This document shows, in pieces, positions 1 through 13,112 of a DNA stretch of 64,000 nucleotides. Origin of the DNA: Antedon mediterranea (Eukaryota; Animalia; Echinodermata); contig NC_092679.1 in assembly GCF_964355755.1 (NCBI RefSeq), positions 20,381,432-20,445,431 of the forward strand, read 5' to 3'. Position 1 is the first letter of the stretch; every line of letters begins with the position of its first letter. Both the position numbers and the translations under genes were made by a program. The notes beneath the pieces were generated by a model that was not told the DNA's origin, did not search any database, and worked only from the letters and a program-made list of their open reading frames with translations.

Positions 1-119
1 TTCAAGACTAATATTGATTCCGTTCATTTAAAAAAAAAAGATATTTTATCTATAATCGAGTGGTGAGAGATCTCGTTGAACAAAGGACAGGAGGACAGTT
101 ACGTTCTCCCCTAGTATAA

Positions 120-271
120 AGCTTTATCTGCACTATCAAACTGTATGTGTGATGTGCCCAAACATGTAGTGATAATATGCTTAAAGATGGTACAGTAGTG
201 CTATGACATCATCATGTCCATTATAGGCACATCATTTTTATCACATAAAGTCTGATAGTGTAGACTGAGCT
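120..271. mobile_element. PIF/Harbinger (Tourist-like) MITE family 1 copy
   Basis: TIR AGCTCTGTCTACACTATCAAACT-like, TAA target duplication. Confidence 0.75.
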
Positions 272-345
272 TAACAGTATTAAAAAAAAGGTGTATTACG
301 TGTTCCCATTGTTCATTGCTGGCATCGGAGTATCGGTGTGTATAA

Positions 346-505
346 AACTCTGTCTACACTATCAAACTAGTTGGACATAAAAAGTGTGATGTGCCCAAAT
401 ATGGTACGGATATGATCAAATATGGTAGTGATATAACATCACCATGTCCATATATGGGCACATCACATTTTTTGTCACATAAAGTTTGATAGTGTAGACA
501 GAAGT
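346..505. mobile_element. Harbinger MITE family 1 copy
   Basis: CTCTGTCTACACTATCAAACT..AGTTTGATAGTGTAGACAGA. Confidence 0.75.
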
Positions 506-1336
506 TAACATATCATTGGGATGAAAGTTTGAATGAATGTACTGTACGAAGATTAAACAGCAGGAAAAAATTAGAAATAATAATAAAAATAATACTGTAA
601 ATTAACTGAAATTGTGTAAACCACCTGTCTAATTATGTAAAACAGGCGGTTCGTTTGATCTTATATGCATTACTATATTTCAAATTACCACTTGACGATG
701 TATCATTAAACAGCTATTAATAATGGATTTATAAAAGATCTGAAATTGTAAGATGAAGCACTGTTTGTTTATCATCTACATTCTAAGGTTAAAGGTTAAA
801 TAATGCTTCTACAAAAAGCAAATTGTTGTCTGCGTTCAAATGAAATTGATATTTTCACATCAATTCGACTCTTTACAACTTAATATTTTAAAGACCTATA
901 CATTGTCATGTTTGATTTTCAATTTGAATTAGTATTTAATATGTTTGTCCATAATTTTTTTATGTTTTATGTAAAAGGGTCAAGGGTCAAAGGTAAAAAA
1001 TGGTTAACTTGCAAGATACTGTAATTCTATTATAACGATGACTAAATAAATGTAAATTAGAGAGATTCTCCGTTTCTGTATTCCGATAGAACCAACAGGA
1101 AAAAATACCAAAGAAAAGAGGGAGAGAGACTCAAAAATATTTGAACTTAGTGTTGGGCGGATTCATTTTCCGAAATTATTGCGGAATATTTGGAGAGAAA
1201 AACACATGTTTTTGTAAATAATTATTTTATTTACTCAATCATTGCCTTGTACCGTGATATCATAGTTACACACCATTGATGTCTTAATGATAATTAGTTG
1301 ATCTTTAACTTGTATTCGTGAATGAATGGAAGCTAA

Positions 1337-1442
1337 AGCTCTGTCTACACTATCAAACTTTATGTGAAAAAAAATGTAATGTGCCCATATATAAACATGA
1401 TGATGTCATATCACTACCATATTGGGAATATCACTACCATAT
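1337..1442. mobile_element. Harbinger MITE family 1, truncated copy
   Basis: One TIR plus internal GATGTCATATCACTACCATAT. Confidence 0.65.
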
Positions 1443-1619
1443 TATTTAAGACAGAGAGATGATAGAGACATTGATACGCGTCAATTCTAATGGTCACCAT
1501 AGCAATATCACGCATAGACAAGTGAAACAATACGTACGAGTTCCGTTATAGTGGAAATCAAATCAATAATATTTGATATGTTACTAAATGATGGAAAGAT
1601 GAGATTTGTAAATTTTGTT

Positions 1620-2349
1620 TTGTGGGCGTGGCCAGTAAATCTTGGAGAAATGAAGAACGTATAACATTTCTTGCTTTTTGTTTAGCCAATTAAATCAGTC
1701 AATTTCATATACGAGTGTTCGTTGTATGAATTAAACGTTTGTTTCTCTCTTTAGTAGCTATGCCCCACATTTTATTCTCCTTCAAATATTATAATTGCTT
1801 ATGTTTACATATTCCACAAAAGCGCAGAGTTGATCTGGAATTTCGAAGATGTCGAGGATCGGGACGGAAAATTTACCACTCTGCGCATGCTCATGTATTT
1901 CTGATACTCGAAAGACGTCGTGTGAACGCAAAGTCGCTAAAGTGTTCAATTAATAGGGGCGTCCCCTGGATAGGGATGTGCCAAAGAAGGTGTGAGGTGG
2001 GGGTGTTGTTCCTACTGTAGTTTATGTCTTATATCGTATGCAAGAAAATTGCAAAAGAGCCAGTGGAGTAATAGACTTCAACAAGGAAGTTTGCTCCTAA
2101 ATGGAAGAAGAAGACACGGTTGTTGATAAGGAGGCTACAATTCTAAAGAATCTCTAGTTTGAAGAGGCAATCTCCCTGTATAACCGTCTTTTGGACAATG
2201 AATGACAGTTGACATTTTAACAGGCGGAACATCACAATAATGAAATACAAATTACAGTACAACTACCTATGAAACGTCACTCATTCAATCACAATATTTA
2301 TATAGCGCTGAATACCAATATTGCTCTGAGGCTCTTGTCCATGGTAAGT
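1620..2349 (+). promoter_or_regulatory. Putative promoter and non-coding first exon of the muscarinic receptor gene
   Basis: GGGCGTGGCC (~1624), AGCCAAT (~1684), TGCGCATG (~1883), purine-rich exon-like stretch ending in the strong donor ATG|GTAAGT at 2343/2344. The link to the receptor is inferred, not shown. Confidence 0.3.
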
Positions 2350-2721
2350 GAGGGATTCCATGTGGTTTGGGCTTTCAACCACTTCCGTAATACTGTCAAT
2401 ACACTCTAGGCATTTCCAGTGTGAAAGACAGTTTAAAAACATTGCTTTAACTAAATTTACAGCCGAGAGGGAATTGATTATTCCGGAATTACTGATTATT
2501 TAGGGAGAATATGTACTGTAAGGCTTTCTGCAAAAGGTTTTTTTAAATAGCCCAGCCCCTATTCAAGGGACAGTCTAATAAAGAAAACTGTTGTCTATTG
2601 TGTCTCTTTAATAGGGTATACTGTATAAATGGTTTTATGCCTAGTCAGAACAAAACTGTATGTATAGTACTGTATAGTTCACATGGAGAATGAACGTACT
2701 TTATCTCATCTGTCTTTCTAA

Positions 2722-3290
2722 CTGTGTTCACACGATCGTATCAGAGTTACACCCGACGTAAAGTACTCGTGTTGGTCGGTTAAACTTCCTTCGTGTTGTT
2801 AACTCCGATAGTGTTCCGACGCGCTAGATCGTATCGAAGTTACACCCGACGTAAAGTGCTCGTGTTGGTCGGTTAATCTTCCTTCATGTTGTTAACTCCG
2901 ATGTACCTCTCGATAGTGTTCACACGCGCTAGATCGTATCCGAGTTACACCCGATGTAAAGTGATCGTGTTGGTCGGTTAACCTTCCTTCGTGTTGTTAA
3001 CTCCTATGTACCTCTCAATAATGTTCACATGCTTTAGATCGTATCGAAGTTAAACCCGACGTAAAGTGCTCGTGTGGTCGGTTAACCTTCCTTCGTGTTG
3101 TTAACTCCGATAGTGTTCACACGCGCTAGATCGTATCGGAGTTACACCCGTCGTAAAGTGCTCGTGTGGTCGGTTAACCTTCCTTCGTGTTGTTAACTCC
3201 GATAGTGTCCACACGCGCTAGATCGTATCGGAGTTACACCCGATGTAAAGTGCTGTGTGTTGTTAACTCCGATGTACCTCCCAATAGTTT
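2722..3290. repeat. Tandem repeat, ~6 units of 92-105 bp, CpG-rich, each with an internal inverted repeat
   Basis: GATCGTATC recurs at 2734, 2827, 2932, 3037, 3129, 3221; ATCGGAGTTA/TAACTCCGAT inverted pair. Confidence 0.9.
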
Positions 3291-4821
3291 TCAGAGGTAC
3301 GATGTATTGGTCTACCGTATGCATGTTTGAACGTAACAATTTAAACCGATTGCTTGAAGCACTGTATTTAACTATGAAAGAAAGAAAAGCTTTTGACACA
3401 TAAATGAACCCGAGTTTTCAGTGGCCTTTACCGTTTCATAACGATTCATTCTCAACACTTTCGCTGGGTGGTTTTAGCGCCTTCAAAGTAGTATAATGTA
3501 CAATTATACTATTATTTATAAATTGACTTTGATTATGTCGTTTGATTTTATCCACGTTTTTACGGCAATAATCAAAAGAAACATTGCATCGACATTACGT
3601 TTTATTTTATATCGTGAAAATGCAACATCATATCGAATATTATGACAATTCTTCTGAGTTTCACCAAGAATAATATTTTTAAAGAAAATAAATTCCTAAA
3701 TAATATAAAAATGTATTTAATAAACCTTTATGGAAATCTAAACAATGCCGTATGAGTGGAAAGTATATCAATTTAGGCTTAAAAGGTACTTAAACATATA
3801 TAGATGTTGCTGGCGTTTGTGAAAGACTCAGTGTCACCATATTGTGGTGAGTGTTTTTTAAAAGAAAAGTAGGCCTAGCTGTGTACATATGGTTTTGCAT
3901 GTTTACTTATCGCATGCAACTGCATGACTGTTGAGTTTCGTTAAATATTTGCGTTTACTGTCCGAGGCTACCATCATATTTTACCATTTTTTAGTCATGA
4001 GGGACGTTATGGAAGGTGTACAACGCTCAAAGATTATTTCCAATAGTTTTGGAAGTCATTATTGACGTATGGATTACTATACACAAGCATGTTTTCTGGA
4101 TTTGACGATAATATCATGGTATGTTACATACACCATTTAATTGTTTGATTTGTAAACGCCTAGGCTAGATGTATGATTCACATTGTTTTCGCTATCGTCA
4201 ATGCCAACAGTAACATTTAAATCGAGGGTCTGACTTACTGTATGCCTACAGTGTTGGATCTAGTAATTTGGTGTCCATTTAAGAGGACGTGTATATAGGC
4301 CTGCTATCTGGACATGCCATTTGTTTTTAACTGTTGGAAGCAGAGAAGGGTGAACCCAGACGGATTTGTCTGTAGAAGGAATTTTTTTTTAAATTCAAAC
4401 GCTAATTATTTTAGCAGTGATCGCTTCGGTTTGTTCAATAATCGAATGGTGTGATGAGCCCGTTAAAAATAATTGCGCTATTAATTTGACAGTTTTGCTG
4501 TTTTCCACCAATCATATTACATTCTCTGATTTTAAATTAATACATGTCGCCATTTATGTTGTCATAAATTTTAATTTTACTCTTCCCTGGTTAAAGTTAA
4601 TATTTATGAGTGACTAAGTGCAATGGCATGACCTGTTTCCGTCCATCAGACAATATACGTGCAGGGTTTTTGTTGTCTCCAGACATATGAAACAGTGTAC
4701 GAGAATGGGCTGACTATTTTTTGTCCCGTTTCGATAGTGTTAATTCAGATTCGTTGAACAGTAAACAATGTTTTCTTTTTTAAAAATTTTTACCATTCAA
4801 TACTATATACGAAACCAGATT

Positions 4822-4888
4822 GGCCGCGTGGCCTAATGGACTTCGACTTCGAATCGGAAGATTGTGGGTTCGAGTCCCATCGTGGTCA
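4822..4888 (+). pseudogene. tRNA-Arg(TCG) pseudogene (3' half of D arm lost)
   Basis: Identical to 5908-5980 except TAAGGCGTC is replaced by CTT. Confidence 0.85.
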
Positions 4889-4948
4889 CTTTTGTTCTTT
4901 TTGTTTGTACTTTTACTTTATACTGTATAACGAAAATAAAACAAAATG

Positions 4949-5053
4949 TTTTTAGTCGCGTAGACGCGACTCTATAGTTCACTATGTCGGTCGGTCTGTC
5001 GGTCCGGTATCACTATGCGTTTTAGCACGCGACTTATGGCTGTTGGCCTTGTT
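4949..5053 (+). mobile_element. Helentron-associated (HINE/DINE-1-like) MITE; copies also at 20052-20153 and 38092-38207
   Basis: TTTTAGTCGCGT..ACGCGACT hairpin, (GTCG)n microsatellite, second ACGCGACT, ends GCCTTGTT; inserted in T-runs with no TSD. Confidence 0.65.
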
Positions 5054-5907
5054 ATTCAACCATGGTGCGACACGCTGCTCACTGTTTAAATACTTTAGTG
5101 TATATCGTATTTATTGAATGTTGATTACATATTTTGTTGGTCTAAAGATACAATATGGACCTTATAAATATAAACTCCCGATTTCCTTTATGATACATTG
5201 ATGTAACACACCATATATTATATTTAGATTTTATTAAGATTTTAACCAGCCTGTTAGTGGCGATGATTCGATGTTGGTCTGGAATTAAATAAAGAATAAA
5301 AAATATGCATACAATTACAATTTCATTGAATGGATCTGTTACATTATTTTTTATAATAATGTAATAATATTTAATGATTTCCATTTAAATGAATGTTTGC
5401 TTTTCCGCTACTCCCCTGTTATACTTTATAATTTTTGGTATGTAGAAAGATTGAAAATAAAAATAAATAAATTGATTCAATTGGTGTTGGACTAATTAAT
5501 TTACAAAACATTGAATGGGGGAAACCCTGATTCCTTTTATTGTACAGTATAGTGAATACCATATGCCTCATGATATCGACTTTTCAATTATTACTGGCAT
5601 TCATATTAATAGTGTATATAATTTTTTTGTTTTGGATAACAAACTAAAATTGTTGCCAAGGTTTCAGGTATTAAAACATATTAAATAGTTTTATTTATTA
5701 TTTACAATTAGAGGCTGTAATTATTTGGCTTTACATTTAAATAAAATATTCTAAGTTATAAATGTGATTTCAATCTTTTAGTAGAGAGACATGTACTGTG
5801 TAATAATATGGATTTTTTAATCGCATGGCAAAGCAGTAAAATTTTAATTTTGATATAGGCCTATTATACGTTAAAAAAGCTCTCCAATTTATTAATGAAA
5901 CAAGAGC

Positions 5908-5980
5908 GGCCGCGTGGCCTAATGGATAAGGCGTCCGACTTCGAATCGGAAGATTGTGGGTTCGAGTCCCATCGTGGTCA
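5908..5980 (+). tRNA. tRNA-Arg(TCG)
   Basis: 73-nt cloverleaf GGCCGCG..CGTGGTCA, A box TGGCCTAATGG, anticodon arm TCCGA-CTTCGAA-TCGGA, B box GGTTCGAGTCC, followed by TTTTT. Confidence 0.95.
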
Positions 5981-8939
5981 TTTTTATGATGGCTTTTATT
6001 TTATTTATTTATTGGATCGCGAAGGTAATACCAAACGATTGATATTGCGTCGACCAACTTAACACATTTTAAGATCGTTAGGCTATTGATTTGGGTTAAA
6101 ACAATACGATTTATATAATATGCAAATTCATCTTATACTCTGACGGCATTATGTATAATTTGTAACGGTGAACTCCACCCGCAGATGATCACGTGGTCAA
6201 CATGACAAAAATGCATTTTGACCAACAATGATCACACTATAGAATAGCGACTATTGCTTTTGTTCAACCTATTATGTAAATTATATTTACTCCACTATCC
6301 AGTTTCATTTAAACAGTATAATTTATCACGTTCAAATAATTATTCAAATAAACTCACAAGATATCTTTAAATACGTCGTATTTGCAGTTGCCATTATGAT
6401 GATTGCCAGCAGTTGCATAAGCAATATACTAATAATATTTATTAAATGTGTAACGCGTTACTGCTATTCCAACCATACTATAAACGCGTGTACATGAATA
6501 CTTGACGCATTACTAATTAAACTAACTGTAAAGACCAGGGAAGTTCACTCTTCCCTCGTGGTCTTTACCACTACACTCCTCCCTCTTTCTTGTAGCTAAC
6601 GCGCATTGTACTCGCCTATATACATATCCGTATCCATTCCTCTCTCACATTCTCCGTAGGCCTACAATAAAGATAAACTAGTAACCGCCGCCCGCCACCA
6701 GCTCTACACCCAACTCTCATTCGCCGGCCTACAAAACTACCCTTTTCAGTACAAGAAGCATTTGCAAGTCATCTTGTTCGTATCTTTACACATTGTCTTA
6801 ATTCACATGCAGAAAACTAACTAGCACGCAATTCATGTCATCCCGTTAATATCCATGAACATTAATGACTTGTTTGTATCGATTAGGTCAAAACTGCATT
6901 CTTGATATTGAAAATTATGATTAAAAGATGTTATTTTCACTCATTTCATGTTAATGTTTCTTCTATAGCTTTTTCATAATTATTTATATGAAAAAATATG
7001 AATTATTATGTCTCAAAAGTAAGTATTCATGTTATTCAAATGACGTAACAACTCCTGGAGGAGTAGTTTGTTTTATTAACCACTCTGTGAATGTTGGTTT
7101 AATACGCTTTATACGATCATGTTTACAGAAACTATAAAAGTACAATATGTAATATTTGACGTTAAATACAGTCTATAATGAACATTTTTATTATTTAACT
7201 GACATCAGGTCGTAATCGGGCATACTGTCATGGTTAACACAACACTCCATTCAAAGACAGATATACTTCTAAATCATTTCATACCCAATATTAATCATAA
7301 CAAAAATTGTAAATCTCGCATCCCGTTCCATGGTAATAATATTAATATAGAATCCTATGTTATTCATTATGACCATTAAAACACAACGCGGTTACCGCAC
7401 AGGATAGATACAGATTCTACGTGGGACAACTACGCCGGTTTCTGCTTACCGTTACCGCTCGTCTGTGTAAATTGGCCTTAATTTATCACCTGCGTAACAC
7501 CTCGAAGGATAACACAAAGTCGACGCGCGCGTATACATTATTGCATCAACATCTAAACACGCGCGTAAAAAAAGCGGTACCGTTTCTATCGGAACTTGAA
7601 CCCGCGAAATAACATTCCATTTTTAAATTCGAATAACCAAAGGCAAACTCGAAGGCTGCTGCTTAGCCTAAATTATTTAAAATACTAAATTTCCAGGTTT
7701 ATAAATGAAATGTCATTATAACGGCAATATTTCCTAAAGCAATGTTCCCATTTAATTATATGCCAGTAATTGCATTACCTGGCATGTTGTTTTTGGCTTT
7801 ATCCAATATACGTACCCCAATTGTTTGTAATAATAATAAGTTGTATCTAATTGAACGCATTACAGTGATAATACTTTAATATACCTTGCTAAACCTTTAA
7901 TGAAGCAGTCATTGTCGACCCAGTTCGTTTGCGTTACGGGTTTTAGTTATTACAAATGTGTGCATGCTTTCTTGTTATAAGTATACGTTTTAATGTATTG
8001 TATTTTAAAATAGGTTTTAACTTGTTGGCTCAAAATTTCTTTGATACCGTTTTTTATGGATAACACTTTGTAAATTGTGCTAGTAAAGACTGTCCTATCA
8101 GTGCCGACTAACTAGGGTTACATCTGTCTGTGTCTATTGTGTCTAATATAATTTTCCTCATTATATTGTTCTCTATATTTATTTTCATGTTATTTTTATT
8201 CGTCTTCTTATACCTTAACTATTATTATTATTTAAATATGTTTGTTTTCCCACATTTTTTTTCAGGTTTTTGGTTGTTACAACAGTATAGTATTAACTAA
8301 TAACTATCTTTTACAATTTAGCAGAGAATGGATGTTTTTTAATTTGTCAGTTTGACTGTGGTCCCTTCTAAATGTGTCAATGGTTTACATAGGCCTAACA
8401 TAACTGAGTATGATATCTGTATGCGTTCACATCGATCCGCATACAATCACGTAACAATGCACTTAATACTTTAATAATTTCAGACGATTATAAAGTGGGC
8501 TAGATATTCACTAGGTCACCTCGAGATGAAATAATCTTAATTATTCGAATCATCGTAAGTGCATGTGCTTACAATTACCAAAGTGTTAAATATCACATAT
8601 CTTTACGGTTTAACTATAACTCTATTCGTGTTCAAAATACAATGCTGCACGCATAATGTGATTGGCTGGGAAATGGGCTACTTTGCAAATTAGGACACCT
8701 TCTGAATTAGTTCAAATTTAATATATAACAAGTCTTACTTTCCGGATGCTCTGTTAGTAATAATTTAACCATTATAGCGACAGCGTGTCAGAGAAATATG
8801 CTTTTTTGTTATATGTTGCTTTTTTAACCCTCTAGTTATTAGTTATATGTAATCTGTTATGTAAAGGGTAACATCATATATATAAAATCTGAAATACCTT
8901 CGCATTATAAAATAGATAATACATTATGTTCAGCAATAA

Positions 8940-9085
8940 AGCGCTGTCTACACTATCAAACTTTATGTGACAAAAAATGCGATGTGCCCATATATGGACA
9001 TGATGATGTCATACTACTGCCATATTTGGGCACATCATTTTTGATCAAACAGATAGTGTAGACAGAGCTTAGTGTAGACAGAGCT
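8940..9085. mobile_element. Harbinger MITE family 1 copy with duplicated right terminus
   Basis: TIRs and TAA flanks; GTGTAGACAGAGCTT occurs twice at the end. Confidence 0.75.
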
Positions 9086-10939
9086 TAAGATTAATAAATA
9101 TTCGAACGTTACTATCTTTGTATTAAATAATCACGCTCGTTTGTTTTTTCATAAATTTGGTCCGTCAAAGAATATGGAATCTCCGGAAAAAGAGACGATT
9201 TCATATTGATTGTGGCCCTTCAAAATATGGAATCATGTCTCGGCAGACGGACGCGGCGTAAATTCCGAAGACGCTGCTTTAATAACGTACAGAAATATTA
9301 TTGCGTTTTACATTATGATTCCTTCGATATTCCACAATAATTAAAGAGTTTTTGTTATAATCAAATAGCAAGACCCAATGCACTAGACTCCTAATAACTG
9401 TATTAGCTTCTTTCCACCATGGTACCACCAGGGAAGAATGAACTTAATTTTAATTAACTAATTTAATTTAATTCGTCGCTGGTACCACAATTAACAGTAA
9501 TTGCATTACTTAATAATAGTATTGTTATTTTTTGTGTGTTACATATACATGGAGGAAAAAAATGATATAAATAATGATGTATTCTCTCTAAAAACTGTCA
9601 TTCATACTAAAAATGTATGCAAATTATTTTTTTTCAAAAGCACACACAGGTTCGATCAAATTTTAGGTCAGTCAGGTTTGGGCAACATATTTTCCTCTGA
9701 GTAGGTGTTAACTCTGAATAGTGTCCCCTGAATATGGTATTCCCTGAATAGGTGTGCTCCCTGAATAGGGTATCCCCTGAATAGGTATCCCCCTAAATAG
9801 GTATCCCCCTAAATAGGGGTGTCCCAAAGTAAGGGTTCTACTTTAATTTAGCCATTTTAATTTACTAAATATTCATATCGGTCACTCGCATTCGTATATC
9901 ACTTATACACTACATCCACAGCACAGCCTCTTACTCGAGCACATGGTTTTCCAACTCGAATTCAGGGTGTATTTTGGCTAGTTCCCAACTATAGTAATCT
10001 CTTTTTTTTTTGCCCTAGAATTTAAAAAGTCAGCTGTTTAATTATTGTTAGAATCTTCAAAATTGACATTGATTCGCGCTGTCACATCCACAATATTGAA
10101 GGGTTAATTAACATCTGCTAACCTATTATTACGATGCCCCTGGGGTCTTTAGGTGACTTCCATCATTCGTTCCATACTATTGTTAAAACCATTATTTCTA
10201 ATTGAATTTAAAATACCTACTGTCGCTTCATATTTTAGTCGTTTTGTACAAAATTAGTCTGAGCGTTTTATTTAAAAAAAATCTGTCATAACTTTGCAAG
10301 GTATATTTTGTTCTATTATATTTGTAATTATTGTTGATTATTGATAAATTTCACCACGGAAAAGCCCGATTGGAACTGATTGGGTAGTCTGTTTTTAAAT
10401 TATAAAAAAGGACTAATTAAGTATAGACCTAAAGTAATAGTGTAACCGCGTCAACATAATGAGCACGCGCGCGTGTAAGATCAAGCGTACAATTTATGTC
10501 TCTTATGAATATTCATAATCACTCGGAGCACATTTTATACACGTTTGTTTGGAATCGACCTTGATGTTTGCTTAATTGATCTGACGTTTGATAGAAGTAA
10601 CATTTTATCAAGCTATGACCATCTATGGCAGACGTTGATCCAGACAATCAACGCTAGACCTTATCAAGATGAGTATGTTCTATAGTAATACGCGTAGGAG
10701 ATATGTATGTTTATACTCTGTATACGGTATAAGTAACCGGTTCTGTTTTTACGTGTAATGGCACAGTTTTTCTTTAATATTGCAGCTTCATATTCTGCTG
10801 AGAGTGTTCTTCTAGTGGATTACGACCTTTTCCAATTATATACAAGATGTCAACCACGGTAAGCCTTAACAACTTGTTTTAATATGAACATTTTTTATAA
10901 CCTACAGTACATTGATTAAACGTCGTATCTTTAGCCATA

Positions 10940-11228
10940 ACGTTAATTAAAATCGGATCGGACTAGCATGTGATAGGCATGGGTTCGATGCTATCTTTAC
11001 CATGGTATACTATTGTATCCTTGGGTAAGATGATGCGTTACTTTCATTACCTCGTCCTTCGTCTCTTGTACAGTGCACCAAGAACTTGGTCCACTATCCT
11101 AAAAGAGGTAATCGTCATAGGTGTGCTGATCTGGTAGGCGATGCACCGATGGCTACGATGGGTCCGTAGATTGCCTACAGTAATCTAATCTGAATTTCCT
11201 CAGTTTCCAGCTAAGGACCAAAATAAAC
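10940..11228 (+). mobile_element. Degenerate tRNA-derived SINE (3' tail also at ~21319-21390 continuing 21948-21968)
   Basis: GGGTTCGA B-box, TGTATCCTTGGGTAAGA central block, tail GTGTGCTGAT.TGGTAGGCG.TGCAC.G.TGGCTAC..TGGGTCCGT shared with 21319 onward. Confidence 0.55.
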
Positions 11229-12992
11229 ACCTAGGCCTACCTTTTATCCTTTTCTATGAGGAATCGCACGGCGAGCATATGATATGGCACGACACCGTTC
11301 TGTACATTATTCTAGGCCTATAGATAGGGTGCCTACATTCCTTATTTGTTTTGTTTACTCATGTGCCTACACGCATTCATGTTTACGTAATATTCCTAAT
11401 GTACATTAAAAAGGAAATATGTTTGAATATGCTATAGGCCTAGTACTTTTTTGGATTTTTCAAAGCGAAGAGAGAAATTACGTTAACTTATGTAGTGGAA
11501 ATAAATAAGCTTGAACAGAAACGGTAAAGATTTTTTGGACTGTGCTATTTTGCTAGAAGCCGTGATGACACAAACTAGCTAGGCCTAAAGATACAGATTA
11601 CAGTAGTCTATGAAAGTAATGTTGTAATTGCAATTTAAGCTGATTAACTTACAACACAAGTCATTTTAATTATATAAGCAACAAGTCATTTGTCGAATAC
11701 TTGAAGCTACTTTACGATCAGTGCAAAATACGTACCTACGTCATCACTTTATGTGTGTTTAAAAATACACACGCATATAATAATCACGTCAGTGCATCGT
11801 CTAAAAATACGTGTGAAAATAAGCTGTGACATCATTTAGGCCGAAACGTTGCTTGTGTGTCGGAGAAACGTGCCCTAAATGTTTAGCCAACGACGTAGTT
11901 GGGAATTTTCAAAATCGAAGCATAATATCATGTGAGCTTTTGTTTATAATGTAGCAAATAGATGGTTGTGTGTTACATCCATCAGGTAACCGATAATGAA
12001 TCAATTAGGGCCCAGTCGATGCTTTGAATGTCAAGCACATAATAGGCCCATCAAAAACGATCACCAGCTGTAAGTATGTATACAAAGTACACGGAGGCTG
12101 CAGGTTGTAATGACTGATGAATGAATCAATACTTGACGTAAACGTTCCATCTTATAGATGCCTCAACATTATGAAGATCACTATTTAAAAGTATCAATGA
12201 TCACACATACTTTAGACTATGATTATAATTTTAAATACAGTATTATGGATGCTCCCATATATTAACCCCCATTATATACACGAAAAAGCGCTCCAAAAGG
12301 CTCGCTCAAAGGCCCCTATTATGGACAAAATATCCCCCATTATAGACAGGAAAATAATGTTCCAAGAGGCTCACTCAAAAGCCCCTATTATGAGCAAAAA
12401 AGATTGTAATCGAGTCTATTTATGGACAGACTTTTACCAATCCGACGAATTGCACAAAATAATGTTTTTTTTTAGTTTGATGGAGCGAAAAGTATATCTT
12501 CCGTTAACTCCGGAAATAATGTGAATTGTTTGTGAATACTCTTGAAATTATTATGAGATCAATCAACTAGGCCATCAGAGGAGGGAGACAAGTGGTTATA
12601 AGACAGGCTGTAAATGCGAAGGCCACTATAGCGTCAGTTTAATTTAACGTTCAGACGACCCTTGTCGTACCGTTAAGCCTACTCGACACGGCTTAGTACA
12701 GTAACGCATTATTATTGACGCGATATTATTGACATTCTGTACATTAATCATGACATTATTAGGAGGATATGACCTTTAATTGACTCTATCTTTAATGCGT
12801 ACGTACAGTTTCGGAGGTGCCATAGTAAAGATATTGCACGTGTGTGAAAGTTCAAAGCACCACTTTTTAACGGAATGGATTCCCAAATGTTTCGTTTAAG
12901 CTCATTTACATGTGAAAACTACTATTAATTTGATGACAATGATGTTGACCATATAAAATGAATGAATGTACAATGTAATCGTACAACATTAA

Positions 12993-13112
12993 ACGCGTTT
13001 AGGTGATATATTAGACGCGTTTAGGTGATATATTAGACGCGTTTAGATGATATATTAGACGCGTTTAGGTGATATATTAGACGCGTTTAGGTGATATATT
13101 AGACGCATTTAA
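12993..13112. repeat. 22-bp minisatellite (ACGCGTTTAGGTGATATATTAG, ~5 copies), followed by ~3 degenerate 150-170 bp repeats to ~13530
   Basis: Directly visible tandem copies. Confidence 0.85.

Noticed and set aside
1739-2020. 93-aa ORF in the putative promoter region
   Set aside because: Non-ATG start and no family resemblance.
12219-12524. 101-aa ORF with repeated SKAPIM
   Set aside because: Arises from a two-copy ~70-bp repeat, probably a MITE remnant.
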